Assembly: GCA_964016885.1 (NCBI GenBank)
Contig: OZ024748.1
Coordinates: forward strand, 28,582,001-28,646,000
Direction of reading: 5' to 3'
Source of the DNA: Eledone cirrhosa
Lineage: Eukaryota
DNA length: 64,000 bases
Part shown: positions 51,507 to 64,000 of the stretch, one piece after another
How positions within the stretch are numbered: position 1 is the first letter of the stretch
How the letters are laid out: every line of letters starts with the position of its first letter
Notes under the pieces: model-generated
Seen by the model: the letters and a program-made list of their open reading frames with translations, nothing else
What the model was told of the DNA's origin: nothing
The model's database searches: none
Made by a program: the position numbers and the translations under genes

Positions 51507-52159
51507 ATAGATAGATAGATAGATAGATTGTTTAAAGGGATGGAGGGCTAAGGAAGATGGGAAGTTGGCTAAACCTACGAAGTGTGATCAATAACAACAA
51601 AAGGCAATAGAGAGAGAGGGGGGGGGGAGAATGTGTGTGTATGTGTGTGTGCGTCAAGGAAGGAAATTATGAGCTTTATTACATGATGATGATGAGGAGG
51701 AGGATAATGATGTCGCTGTAGAGGCTAGAAAGGACGAGACTAAAAAAAGGGCAGTAGAATGAGAGAGGGAGAGTTATACAGAGGCAGAGTATGAGAGACA
51801 TGGAGGAATTGAGAGAAATAAAGAAAGAGAGGGAGGGTGAGAGAGAAAGAGAAACAGAGAGAGATTAATTATGTCAACCAGCTGTTTCTCAGTTGGTCCC
51901 ATCGATGACACCGGAAGTGCTCTCATAAAACCGGAAGTAATATATTTTAAATCGAAGCAACGACAGAGAGTAATAGAGGAAGATAAATAGATGGATATAT
52001 AGATATACAGTTAGATAGATAGCTAATGAGAGAGAAGGGGAAAACATGGGAGATAAAGAAAGAGAGAGAGAGAGAGTTTGAGAAAGGGAGGTGGGGAACA
52101 AAGCCAGTTATTAATAAAACGTTTGTTGTCCGCTCACAAATGTCATTTTGTTCTGGTGT

Positions 52160-52206
<47 letters not shown>

Positions 52207-52509
52207 TGTGTGTGTGCGCGCGCGCGCGTGTGTGTTTGTGTGTAAGTGTCTGTGAATTCATGTATGTATATATGTCATGTATATACTCCGTGCAGCACAC
52301 GTGTGTAAGGGGAAGTTGTCCGATCAAGTGTGCGGCGTCACACCCCACAGTCCCAGACCACAGTGCCACCCTACATATGTCTCACCGGCACTTAATACCG
52401 ACATTAATGACGTCAGCCGCGGCAACTGTAACAACAGCTATAACAGCAATAATGTCAACAGCGACAAAAACAATGAGGTATCGCGATCTGTTAGAAGTAG
52501 CAGCCAAAT

Positions 52510-52830
52510 CTCCCACAAATCACTCCCTTTTTGAAATTATCACAGGGGTATATGTCAAGGAGCCAGTCTCTCTGTGATAGTGTCATTAAACCCCTTGTGC
52601 TTTCTGCTCAAGAAATGTGAAGGATTCATCATTGGCTCACAGGAGGACAGAAATACGAACCTAACCCATAATTTCTTTGTGGATGATCTGAAACTCTATG
52701 CCAAGAACATAGATGGTATGAAGAAAAATCTTGACCTGGTTACAACATTCTCAAAGGATATAGGAATGGAGTTTGGCCAAGATAAATGTTCATATATGAC
52801 TGTAAAACGAGGAAAAACCACAACCCAATG
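52510..52830 (+). pseudogene. R4/Dong-like non-LTR RT fragment
   Basis: LNPLCFLL..THNFFVDDLKLYAK..LDLVTTFSKDIGMEFGQDKC. The RT call is firm; the clade call is tentative. Confidence 0.7.
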
Positions 52831-52929
52831 TCATCAATGGCCTAACTGTTTAATTTCCGCATTATCTCTTATTCTAGCTTCTGATGAACCACGCCACCTA
52901 AACATAATGTGGTGATTTGTAGCCTTAGC

Positions 52930-53021
52930 TTATAAACAGGGCTTGGATTTTTGCTCATTTGTTAAACATAAAATAGGGTCGGCTTGTATTCCGATCGACT
53001 TATATTCGAGTATATATGGTA
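52930..53021 (-). mobile_element. pogo/Tc2-like DNA transposon terminus
   Basis: Minus strand TACCATATATACTCGAATATAAGTCGA..TACAAGCCGACC. Confidence 0.5.
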
Positions 53022-53424
53022 ATTATTTAACTATCTCTTGGTTAAATCAACACGTCGACTTAAGTTAATTATTTATAAACAACAATGGGTAGGAAACGGT
53101 AACAATTAACGCATTTCGACCTTGATCCGATTTAAAATATTTCAAATATACATGAAGTAAACCACGAAAGATAAAAAAAAAAAAAGCAAACCAGCACTCC
53201 GAACCTCGCTTCAAGGGTTCGACTACTTACATGATATATATAAAGGAGGGGGAGGTTCTTTCCTTACCACCAGCATCATATTTACCACTCTTTCTCTCTT
53301 CTATCTCTCTAACTCTCTCTATGTCTATATGAATGTATCTTTTTATCTTAGAATTCTTTTTTACTATTTCTTTCCCTCGCTGTATATAATATGCGTGTGT
53401 GTGTGTGTTTACCTATATGTATAT

Positions 53425-53495
<71 letters not shown>

Positions 53496-53540
53496 CAAAT
53501 ATATATATATATTATTGGCAACATGACCCTCCCAAAGTAT

Positions 53541-53585
<45 letters not shown>

Positions 53586-54020
53586 TTAAATTTAGGTTTA
53601 ATCAATACATATAAAATATATATCGATAATGTTTTTCAATAGAAAGCTCAATAAACACCTGTTCAGAACATCAATAATATAATATATTTTTAAAAGATAT
53701 ATGAGGATATCTCAATTGAGAAACCAACTACCATTTTATACATATATAGCAAATAATATGTAGATTTAAATACAGCAGAAGTAACGGCGGACAACTAACT
53801 GCCAATGCATTTCTGGTTCTGACCGCCTTGCAACAATGCTTCCCCTGCTCTCTGCTGAAATTTAAAACAGGAGAAAATATATAGTTTTGTCTCTTATGTA
53901 GATTGGCTGATTAGCCTCATTTGCATATGGAGCTGTACAAACTGGCTCAGCTTGAAAGTAGAATTAATGTTTTTGCTCTGACATAGTTGTGTATATATAT
54001 AAGTATGTGAATTTCGTATA

Positions 54021-54327
54021 TCTAATGAAATACAGTATGTTTACGAATAAACATTTGAAAAGCCTTTTAGCTATGAATATTGAAAAGCTGACGGCTAGCA
54101 CCGTCTAGTGGATTCCAGCAGAAGTAGCGGTGTCCAACCGGCAATGTATTTCTGGCTCTAACTGCCAACATTTCATAGCTAATATACAGCAGAGAGCATG
54201 GGAAGCACTGTCCTGGTGACGGCCAGAGTCAACTACTGCTGCTGTAATCCGATAGACGGTGCCAGTCGTCAGCTTTTCAATATGTTTTTCCAAATGTTTA
54301 TTGGTAAACATACCGTATATCATTAGA
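54021..54327. repeat. Imperfect inverted repeat (54021-54108 / 54252-54327)
   Basis: ATATTGAAAAGCTGACGGCTAGCACCGTCTA vs TAGACGGTGCCAGTCGTCAGCTTTTCAATAT. Confidence 0.7.
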
Positions 54328-54656
54328 ACGTCGGACAACATACCTTGCAAACATATAGTTACAGCCCTTTACGTTCTGAAATCAAATCCCACTGAGTTGT
54401 AGCTTTGCCTTTCATCTTACGGGAGGTCGATAAAATAAATTACCAGTGACACACAAGTGTCGATTTAATTTATCCACCCCGCCCCACCTAAAAGGATTGT
54501 TAGCCTTGTAACATAAGTGGAAACAAATATTAATTGTTTCTACTTTTGGCACAAGGCCAGCAATCACCCAATACATTACTGGTACTTTATTTTATCGACC
54601 CCCGTAAGGATGAAAGGCAAAGTTAACCTCGGCGGGATTTGAACTCAGACCGTAAA
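54320..54656. mobile_element. Tail-to-tail SINE pair: older long-form copy (+, 54320-54531) and younger truncated copy (-, 54531-54656)
   Basis: Both carry the SINE body; the + copy has an extra internal segment and is more diverged. Confidence 0.8.
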
Positions 54657-55289
54657 TAATAATAGTAATAAACGAAAGATATATATTATCTCTATTTTAT
54701 TATATATATTTCGAAGATGCAAAGTTTTATGTATAAAACATGACCTCCTCAGACAAAATACATATGAGATATATAATTGTTTCATGATATACTGGTAGAC
54801 TAACAAACTGGACAGATCGATGACCACCAAGCATATGACTAGAAAAAACTCAACACATAGGAGGTTACGTGAGTGGGAGAATACATTACAGTTGATTTAA
54901 ACGTTTAATAAATTATTTAAAATATAGCGTAATTAGATTGGTCAAAGAACAAAACAAAAATTCAGTCTATATGCTGCTTATAATCAATTAAGAATAGGCA
55001 TTAAATCAAAAGTATATATTATATCAAAGGAAAAAATAAAAAAAATATTCTAGGAAACAAAAGTAGTATTATGAAAATACAATAATAATAAAGGGGGGAA
55101 AGAATTTGGATTACAGAATTTGTTGGTAAGTTATCTTTGTTTATGTATAATTAGATATTGAAATTATATAAGTAGAAAAGTATTTAAAAATTGATATGGT
55201 TCTTTTTTTCTTTTTTTTAAATATATATTTGAGTAGGTTATAATGTTATGTTATGAATTATTTATTTTAAAAGAAGCGAAATAATTATC

Positions 55290-56830
55290 TATATCAATTC
55301 ATCAATCTTATTTAAATAATTAATATATGTATTGGAGAGACTATTAAAACTTTGTGTAACTATTTAGAAAGAAAAAATATTATAGCCGAATTTATCAATT
55401 TATATTAAATTTGATTTATTTCGATACAACCTAAAGTTATTTAGTTACAACCTAAAGTTATTTAGTTACAAGCTAAAGTTATTTAGTTACAACCTAAAGT
55501 TATTTAGTTACAACCTAAAGTTATTTAGTTACACCCTAAAGTTATTTAGTTGCAACCTAAAGTTATTTAGTTACAACCTAAAGTTATTTAGTTACAACCT
55601 AAAGTTATTTAGTCACAACCTAAAGTTATTTAGTTACAACCTAAAGTTATTTAGTTACACCCTAAAGTTATTTAGTTACAACCTAAAGTTATTTAGTTAC
55701 AACCTAAAGTTATTTAGTTACAACCTAAAGTTATTTAGTTACAACCGAAAGTTATTTAGTTACAACCGAAAGTTATTTAGTTACAACCCAAAGTTATTTA
55801 GTTACAACCTAAAGTTATTTAGATACAACCTAAAGTTATTTAGTTACAACCTAAAGTTATTTAGTTACAACCTAAAGTTATTTAGTTACAACCGAAAGTT
55901 ATTTAGTTACAACCTAAAGTTATTTAGTTACAACCTAAAGTTATTTAGTTACAACCTAAAGTTATTTAGATACAACCGAAAGTTATTTAGTTACAACCTA
56001 AAGTTATTTAGTTACAACCTAAAGTTATTTAGTTACAACCTAAAGTTATTTAGATACAACCTAAAGTTATTTAGTTACAACCTAAAGTTATTTAGTTACA
56101 ACCTAAAGTTATTTAGATACAACCGAAAGTTATTTAGTTACACCCTAAAGTTATTTAGATACAACCTAAAGTTATTTAGTTACAACCTAAAGTTATTTAG
56201 TTACACCCTAAAGTTATTTAGTTACAACCTAAAGTTATTTAGTTACAACCTAAAGTTAAAGTAGATAAAAAATAACGGAGGAAGATTAAAAGAGAGAAAA
56301 AATAACGAAGGAAAACATTAGTTAACTTATTTTGTATAATCTAGATTAAAACAAAAATAATTTTAAAATTATATATAAAGGAGTAATACCTATCTTATTT
56401 TTTTTTTTAATATAAAGCTTAATTAAAAATTCTAAATTAAGACATCTTTTGTTTTAACAATGCATTTGTAAACTAAATTACGGTCAAGACAGTTATTACT
56501 TACAGTTATTACAAGACAGTTATTACTTTTTTAACAAGTATGGCCTTAAACTCGAAATTGAAAATAATAATGGAATAGATAATTTCCTAGATATAACATT
56601 AAACCTTTAATCTGGCCTGTACTACCCGTTCCATAAATTAAATGAAAACCTTAATTATGTTAGCTTCCATTCAAACCACCCGAGAAATGTTAAAAAGGCC
56701 ATAGCTAACAGCGTTCAGCAAAGAATCTCTAAACTCTCAGCCAATAAGGAAATTTTTGACAATAAGGCTAAATACTATAACGATGCGTTAAATAGAGCAG
56801 GTTACCCTGATAAAATCGAATATATAGATA
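55290..56830 (+). pseudogene. Decayed Penelope-like ORF (RT N-terminal and thumb regions) interrupted by a minisatellite
   Basis: 56581: NFLDITLNL*SGLYYPFHK..NYVSFHSNHP..QQRISKLSANKEIFD..YYNDALNRAGY is a typical PLE RT C-terminus. KFDLFRYNLKLK across the repeat is a weaker match. Confidence 0.75.
55416..56258 (+). repeat. Homogeneous 21-bp minisatellite TTATTTAGTTACAACCTAAAG, ~40 copies
   Basis: Direct reading; few point variants. Confidence 0.97.
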
Positions 56831-58457
56831 AAAATGTCTACCCCACCCCCGCCCCATATATAAATCAACATTCATTTAATATCAATACTGATGCACATAT
56901 ATCTCATAACAATTATAATAATGCTAATATCTGTAACATAGAACTAGACCAAATCAGTCATATAATCGATATAACTCCCATAAAACCAATAAGCCTTGTA
57001 AAAGAATCCGTGTATATATATATACGGTGTGCGTGGATGTTGAGTGTATATGCAACAATCTCTCTCTCTCCCTCCCACTATATATATATATATACACATA
57101 ATATTAAGGATACTATTTATAGTTATGTATATACTATATACAACTATAAACAGGGAAGGTCAGTAATGTATTACTACCTTATTACCAGTAAGATAAATAC
57201 CTCAATGTAAGAACATCATTTGTTATACAGAGCAGTAATATAGAATACACAAGAATCAAAGCTATGTTAGAACATTTAATTGCTGACAATTGTTTCTTCC
57301 AAGCCTAGGCTTGGAGTCTTCGGAGCATCATTAATAATGTTTGTACATATAATCAGCCTCTTATTCCGCTGAAGAATTATACAGATACATATTGTGGACA
57401 ACAGTGTGGGATGGATGTGACATATATTATGTTATACTATAATTGTACAATAAGATTCAAAATTAAAATTAAATGCTTTTGGTGGAGCACATGTGACAGA
57501 TAAGAGCGTCTAGTAAATAAATAAAATTAAAGAGACAGTACGTGCGTTAGTCATATATAAAGCAATTGAACAAGCAAAAGTATCAAGCATATATGAATGA
57601 TGGGTGTTGCATACAAAACACTTAAAGCGGGTGTGTTATTATATTATGTAGGTTGCAATGCGGAGATAATTTCTGTGTAGATCAAATATGTGTGTGTGTA
57701 GAATAGGAAAGTTCCAGGTTTCACATCCATTACATTTGTCACGATATATTTGTATTGAGTGTCTGTTATAGTAATGGCTTGTAATGTAAAGTAACTTATA
57801 TATATATATATACACACACATACAATGGTGGACTGAGTCTAAAAAAAATGGTTACCAGGAAATAAAGGGGGCCCATCCATATATAGAATGCCATCATTTA
57901 ATTTTTATAATGAATAAATAACATTTTCAACAAATACATAAGTGAAAACAAAACAGTGCAATCAAACTTTTGCGGGGAAAAATGTATTTTTTGCTAATTA
58001 TAGTGTATATATACTGTACATGTTACTGGCGATATACAGTAATACTAAATGTTAATACAGAATGTTATAATTGAATTTTAAATAATTGTGAATGTATAGT
58101 GTACTGTTATTTAGAGTAGAGTCTGCAAGTGATCGTTCTTACTTTCTCCAATCTAAAGTACCTTGCGAAATATACACATCCAGAGACTTTCAATAATGAC
58201 CTTTGGTCTTTCACACTCATTCAATATATATATATATCTGGGCGTATGTGTATGTGTGTACATGTACATGTGTATATATAGATTTATATATATGTATACA
58301 TATATGTTTTCAACTTAGCGACTCATTCTCCCTAGGGACGTTAGACTGAAGAACTGACCATTAATTGATTTTACATTGAATGGACCTGTTATTTTTATCT
58401 AAAGACATTTTTTCCAATTCCAACCCGCCCGCCCCCTCTATCTTATTTATCATTCTT

Positions 58458-58493
58458 TCTTCTGATAAAGGACTAGCGTCCGAAACGTTAAGA
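58458..58493 (+). ncRNA. Minimal hammerhead-like motif (G8>A)
   Basis: TCTT-CTGATAA-A-GGAC TAGC GTCC-GAAACGTT-AAGA. Confidence 0.55.
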
Positions 58494-58779
58494 CCCTCTT
58501 CCTGCTATATCAAGCGTTAACCTAATATATCCCTTCCACATTCTGTACCGATTGTGTTGTTATTTCTGTTTACCTTTTACCTTTTATATAAATGAGTTCC
58601 GATGTTAGTAGTGCAAATCTGTATCGGATTTTGCCTTTCCCTTGGACAACCTCGGTGGTATGGAGAGGGAAGACTGATATGGATGGGCGGCTGCTGGTCT
58701 TCCACAAACAACCTTGCCCGGACTTGTGCGTCCGAAGGGAATTTCTAGGTCAAATCCCATAGTCATTCATGAACGAAGG

Positions 58780-58820
<41 letters not shown>

Positions 58821-58828
58821 ACTTATCA

Positions 58829-59835
58829 TCGCACTGTGGTGAGATGTACTGTATTTAATGCGTTCGAAACATCAGTGATCACAGACGACAGCCGATGAGC
58901 AGGACTTGTCCTTGTCTTTATGTTTGTGTTTCTCTTACGTTTTCTAAATAATATTTATTAGTAACCACAGAGTGCCTTTGTCACTTTTTAACTCATATTA
59001 ATTTATTAGTGGATTGGCAGTATCGGTAGAGGGTCGGACGCCATGCTTTCCAGCATAGTTACGTCCCTTTACGATCTGAGTTCAAATCCCGCCGAGGTTG
59101 ACTTTGCCTTTCATCCTTACGGGGTCGATAAAATAAAGTACCAGTAATGCACTGGGTAATTGGTGGCCTTGTGCCTAAAGTAGAAACAATTAATTTATTA
59201 CTGTGACATCCGTTCTCTCTATTCTCCATATCTCACTTGTTGTTAATTCGGCTTTAGAACTTAAGTTCAGCCAATTTGGATTAACTCTTTTCCTTCTTCC
59301 TTTCTCTCTCTTTCTCTCTCCCACTCACTTATTCTTTTTCTCTCTTACCATCTATCTCCCCCCCCCCCCTCTGGTCCCTTACCACTTCCCCCAACTCACT
59401 TCCGTTTTCCTTCATCTCTTCCTCTTTGTTCCTGTTCTCGCTATGATCAGACGCTTTTTTTCTCTCTCGCTCCCTCGTGCTGTTAGTATGGGTTCAGCAC
59501 TTATGTTCGGTCTCTGTATTAACTTCTCCCTCTCTCCCTCTGGTTACTGCAACTTACATGTACTGGTATCTCGTGTTTTCCCTTTCTCTATCGGTATGTC
59601 TTCCTTTTTTTCTTCTTTTTTTTCTTCGTTATCGTCTGTGTTATTTTTTGTGTTTTTCCCCCGGATAGCTATCCCTCTTAGTTATCAACGCACAGTGGTG
59701 TCATGTACTGTCTTTAAACACCTGTGATCCTCAGCCGATGAGCGGGAATTGTCCTTGTGTTTATGTTTGTGTTTCTCTTACGTTTTCTAAATAATATTTA
59801 TTGGTAACCACACAGCACCTTTGTCACTTTTTAAT
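58829..59835 (+). repeat. Direct repeat pair (~58829-58990 and ~59689-59835), pseudo-LTR-like
   Basis: CAGCCGATGAGC.GGA.TTGTCCTTGT.TTTATGTTTGTGTTTCTCTTACGTTTTCTAAATAATATT in both. Confidence 0.75.
59009..59188 (+). mobile_element. tRNA-derived SINE with 12-bp target-site duplication
   Basis: A and B boxes, full body; ATTAATTTATTA at 58997-59008 and 59189-59200. Confidence 0.9.
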
Positions 59836-60361
59836 ATATATACCCCCCCCCCCCCCTCACTCTCAAAAGCGTGAACCTAATAAACTCATATTTGTACTGC
59901 CTCTCTGTTTTTGTTCCTGTCTAAGATTTGAATTTTTTTTTTTTTTATCTCTCTCTCTCGTCTGCGACTTCACAGAACTTATGTTTACCGAATTCGCAGA
60001 CCAGACCCCTTCTTCCTCCCGTTAGACCTGTGCGAAATTCCTTCCTTGCTCACATTTCAACCAGGTTTGATGGTCTTTATTCTCTCGTTCACGATTCCAC
60101 CGAATTTATATTCATAAAAATCTGGGACTTGTTTCTTTCTTCTTCATCACTTTCTGTTGCTTAAACCATTTTGTTTGTTTACCCTAGCGTCCCCTTTATT
60201 TACGTGTCCCAACGACTTTTTTTAGCTGCTGCTCGCACCAACCTGAGGTATATGGCCTTTAATGCGACGAAATGCCTACGACGGTTGGAAGGCCACTGAT
60301 GAGGACAAACTTTTTCATATGTAACCCATTTGCAGCGCCGCAGCTCCATTATTATCATATT

Positions 60362-60434
<73 letters not shown>

Positions 60435-60632
60435 TGTATGTATGTATATTTATTTATTTATTTATTTGTTTATATGTATATATATATGTATGGATGTACG
60501 TATATATATGTATGTATAAACGCACACATATATGTGCAATTTACTCCAGTGTGTGTACAGATATTTTAAAACACCCATTTCCTTAGCTCGTTTGAAACAT
60601 ATGTAGAATTAAAATTATGTTTTGTGTATAAC

Positions 60633-60729
<97 letters not shown>

Positions 60730-61021
60730 ATATATATACACACACCAATACAAGGGAGGAGGTCAGCTGTACTTAACAAAAACAACCACAACAGATTGCT
60801 TTGCCTCAGAAAAATTTCTATACACTTCTGACTGAGGAATGTTCCACAACTGACCAATGAGAGGAGAGAGTTCCTTTGACGCCGAAATTCGTTTGTTCGA
60901 ATTCATATGATTCCAGTTCCTCAGAGAAATAACAACCCAACCAGAAACAGGGCATATCGGAGTATTGACGGAGTTAAACACCTCAACAACATGTGCACCT
61001 ATCTCTACCACACCAACTGGG

Positions 61022-61073
61022 ACTGCCTGAAGAGGTGACAGCCAAGGATGGCTGTCACCGAAATATATAGAGT
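61022..61073 (+). ncRNA. Type I hammerhead ribozyme motif at a probable PLE 3' end
   Basis: ACTGC-CTGAAGA-GGTGACAGCCA AGGA TGGCTGTCACC-GAAA-TATA-TA-GAGT: perfect 11-bp stem II, AUA site, stem I with a 1-nt bulge; AATAAA follows. Confidence 0.75.
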
Positions 61074-61509
61074 AGTACACCTTTAATAAACGAAGTCAAA
61101 TTTTTAATATTTGGCTTAATTATTTTATTTTATATATATATGTGTGTGTGTGTGTGTTTTATTATATATATATATATATGTGTGTGTGTGTCTGTATGTG
61201 TGTGTGTATGTATGTGTGTATGTGTGCTGTGAAGGAATGTTTGTCGAGTATATTAGCCGACACATACATACACATATATTTACACAAACTTATATTGGAT
61301 GTGGTTGTCTTTTAGACTCCAGATATAAGCTGTAAGTGACGCCATATTCCTTCTTAAAGGGTTAAGAAAAGAATGGGCATGCATGTAAAGACGCTGCTTG
61401 AAACTATTGGCGGTTAACCCTATGTTGGCCCTATGGGACGTGGGTGTTTCAACCTTACATTAAGGGTGAAAGCAGCGATTCTTTGCTTAAACTTTAATCT
61501 GTTATTTTA

Positions 61510-61608
<99 letters not shown>

Positions 61609-61982
61609 TTGTTTCGGCTCTCTGCTCTCTGTCTGAGTTCAAGTCCCACCGAGGTTAACTTTGCCTTTCATCTTTATCTTTCTCTGGAAGAAATCTGCTG
61701 TACTCAGGCCTGGAGAGGGTGGCCTCCGTCAGGCTTGAAAGTGCCCAAGGAACGCCGTATGTCAATACGGTGCCCCTACGATTCTATCAGGAGTTACGGG
61801 ACCATATATATTATATATATATAATTGAAAATATATATGTATGTATATATATATACTGATGATTTCTAATGAATGAAACAGTTCTAGTCCTGTAGAATCT
61901 CATCTATATTAAAACTTTTATACTCTGCTATGTATTGAGTACCTTACTTACTGTGGTTACCTCCGATTCAACCCGGAATAAC

Positions 61983-62029
<47 letters not shown>

Positions 62030-62559
62030 AATGTGTTTGTATGTGGTGTGCGTAGCATGAGTGAGAGTGTGAGGGAAAGGAAGAGAAATAGAGAGGGGGT
62101 GAGAGAGTGGTTTTGAGAGAGAGAAAAAGAGGGAGAATGAGGGAGAGATAGTGAGAGAGTGAGAGGAATGATGGGAGTGAGAAAGGAGGATGTTGCCTTC
62201 AGCGATATAACATCTTTCCTTAGCAGATGTGTAAGAAAACCCGTGTCCACACCTACACACACATACACACATATACACATATACACACACTTACAAACAT
62301 ACATACATACAAAATGTACTCGAAATTAAGAGAAAGAGAAACATGCATACACTCATACATATATATTGGCACACATAAACACAGAAACTTACGTATATAT
62401 CTATATAGAGAGAGATGTGTGTATGTGTACATGCATACATACCTACGTACATACAATTGTACATACATATATAAAAGTAAATGGAAACACTATGGTAAAT
62501 GTAAGGTTACAATATCAACAGTTTAAACGAATGTAAAAGACTTAGTCTCTTCGTACACA

Positions 62560-62860
62560 GGAACATATTGGGATTGTCTTCACATGTAAATAGAGAAAAA
62601 ACCAAGTTTATATGAAACTTTATTTCAAAAGTATTCCAAAAGACATACCATGTAAGTATATATAGATAGTTACATTAAATGGGTTTAGATAATTGGAGAA
62701 ATGATCGTCCACGAAGCTCGGAAGCCACATACGGTCCCTCAAGGACGCAGGCGTGGATTACTCCATCCAATGAAAAGTTATAACCAAGCCTAGGCTATAC
62801 GGAAATAGGAATTCATCTTGCGTACTGTGCATTGAAGAAAGAATCAATATTTTGAGAAGA
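62560..62860 (+). pseudogene. Penelope-like GIY-YIG endonuclease C-terminal fragment
   Basis: STKLGSHIRSLKDAGVDYSIQ*KVITKPRLY..SSCVLCIEERINI resembles the T.LSKYIW.LK...Y.I.WKI....C.LC..EK pattern. Confidence 0.65.
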
Positions 62861-63777
62861 TAACGTAATAACGATTGTCTAAATACGATATCTAAATTCT
62901 ACTCACGCTGTCCCCACGTGGCGAAACACCTATTACGTAATTTTAAAGCATCCGACTAGGTATCGGATATAACACCCCCAGTCTTGGTATCCTGAATGAT
63001 CTATTGTATTCTGATCTTTCTCAATTGCTTCCCCTTTGAGAATATCTTCTGCGCATGTTTATTAGTGACATCGTCTTCCTTTTCCGTGTTATCTCATTTA
63101 AACCGAGCTGATGATCCGTTGAGGTAAAACAAATTGTTCTCGGAAATGGTGTACTAACTGTTGTGGAACTACTTCTACCAAACTCGTCTCATGGACTGAG
63201 TGCTCTACTACTGCGGATATAACCCACAAGTGTGTTCTGCCACTATACCCCCCCCCCTCCCCATATATATATATTAGTTTGATTAAAATAACAGGAGGCC
63301 GGACTGGTGAAATTCCTCTACAGTTTGATTGTTGCAAAACACTATATATATTTCAATGGTCTGGTTACGTAACATCCTGGCGATATCATCAGGTTCGTAT
63401 TGCATAATTAGTTAACCAATAAAGGATTTACAGCAAACACAAAGAGCGAAAATATAAACAGAAAATATTTGATTCGAAGATGGCCTACGAAGTAGGTGTT
63501 ATTGTTGCTACAGACCACCAGCGACACCATTATCTCCATCAACATCACCAACAACAATAAATAAACACCACAATCACAACCACTCCCACAAACAGCAGAA
63601 CTGTTGATGTCAGCAAAAATTCGTTCCGTCGTTTAAGATTTACATCACTTCTTATCAAGTTGTCCGTCTTTTACACTGTTTCGACATACCTAACTTATAC
63701 ACACACACGCACACATACATATATATATATATACGTATACACACACGCGCGCGCATATATATATATATGTGCGTGTG

Positions 63778-63858
<81 letters not shown>

Positions 63859-64000
63859 GTATACACACACGCGCGCACATATATATATATGTGCGTGTGT
63901 ATATATATATATACATATAACGAAGGAAATGTGGTAAGGAACCAGGTGGACCATAACGCACCAAAGTACTCAATACTTGAGGTAGTAGAGTGGGTAATAG

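Noticed and set aside
55416-56258. CRISPR or telomeric array
   Set aside because: No spacers; the 21-bp unit contains only one TTAGG on the minus strand and is not a TTAGGG tract.
60235-60310. Hammerhead in the 19165/60117 repeat
   Set aside because: CTGATGA and GAAA are present but stems I-III cannot be paired consistently.

Overview
Eukaryotic, repeat-dominated, apparently gene-free window. The SINE and repeat repertoire suggest an octopod cephalopod; this is inferred from remembered repeat families, not from a search. 881-12782 holds two full-length Tx1-clade (L1 group) non-LTR retrotransposons head-to-tail, each bounded by (ATT)n. Their ORF2s (APE-RT-CCHC) are nearly identical but their 5'UTR/ORF1 are clearly divergent. 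Copy 1 is disabled; copy 2 has an intact 1139-aa ORF2. Related 5'-truncated Tx1 copies at 50.7-51.5 kb sit instead in (TATC)n. A tRNA-derived SINE with an (ATT)n tail is scattered throughout, and its 3' end resembles the Tx1 3' end. Many Penelope-like relics carry minimal hammerhead-ribozyme motifs, and several (TA)n-embedded short elements have near-perfect palindromes. 26.8-42.6 kb is a block of ACC/GGT-derived satellites in alternating orientation. The rest is decayed Helitron, RTE, R4/Dong, CRE, Gypsy and Tc1/mariner fragments plus microsatellites. No host gene, rRNA, true tRNA or CRISPR array can be supported. All alignments and identities were judged by eye.
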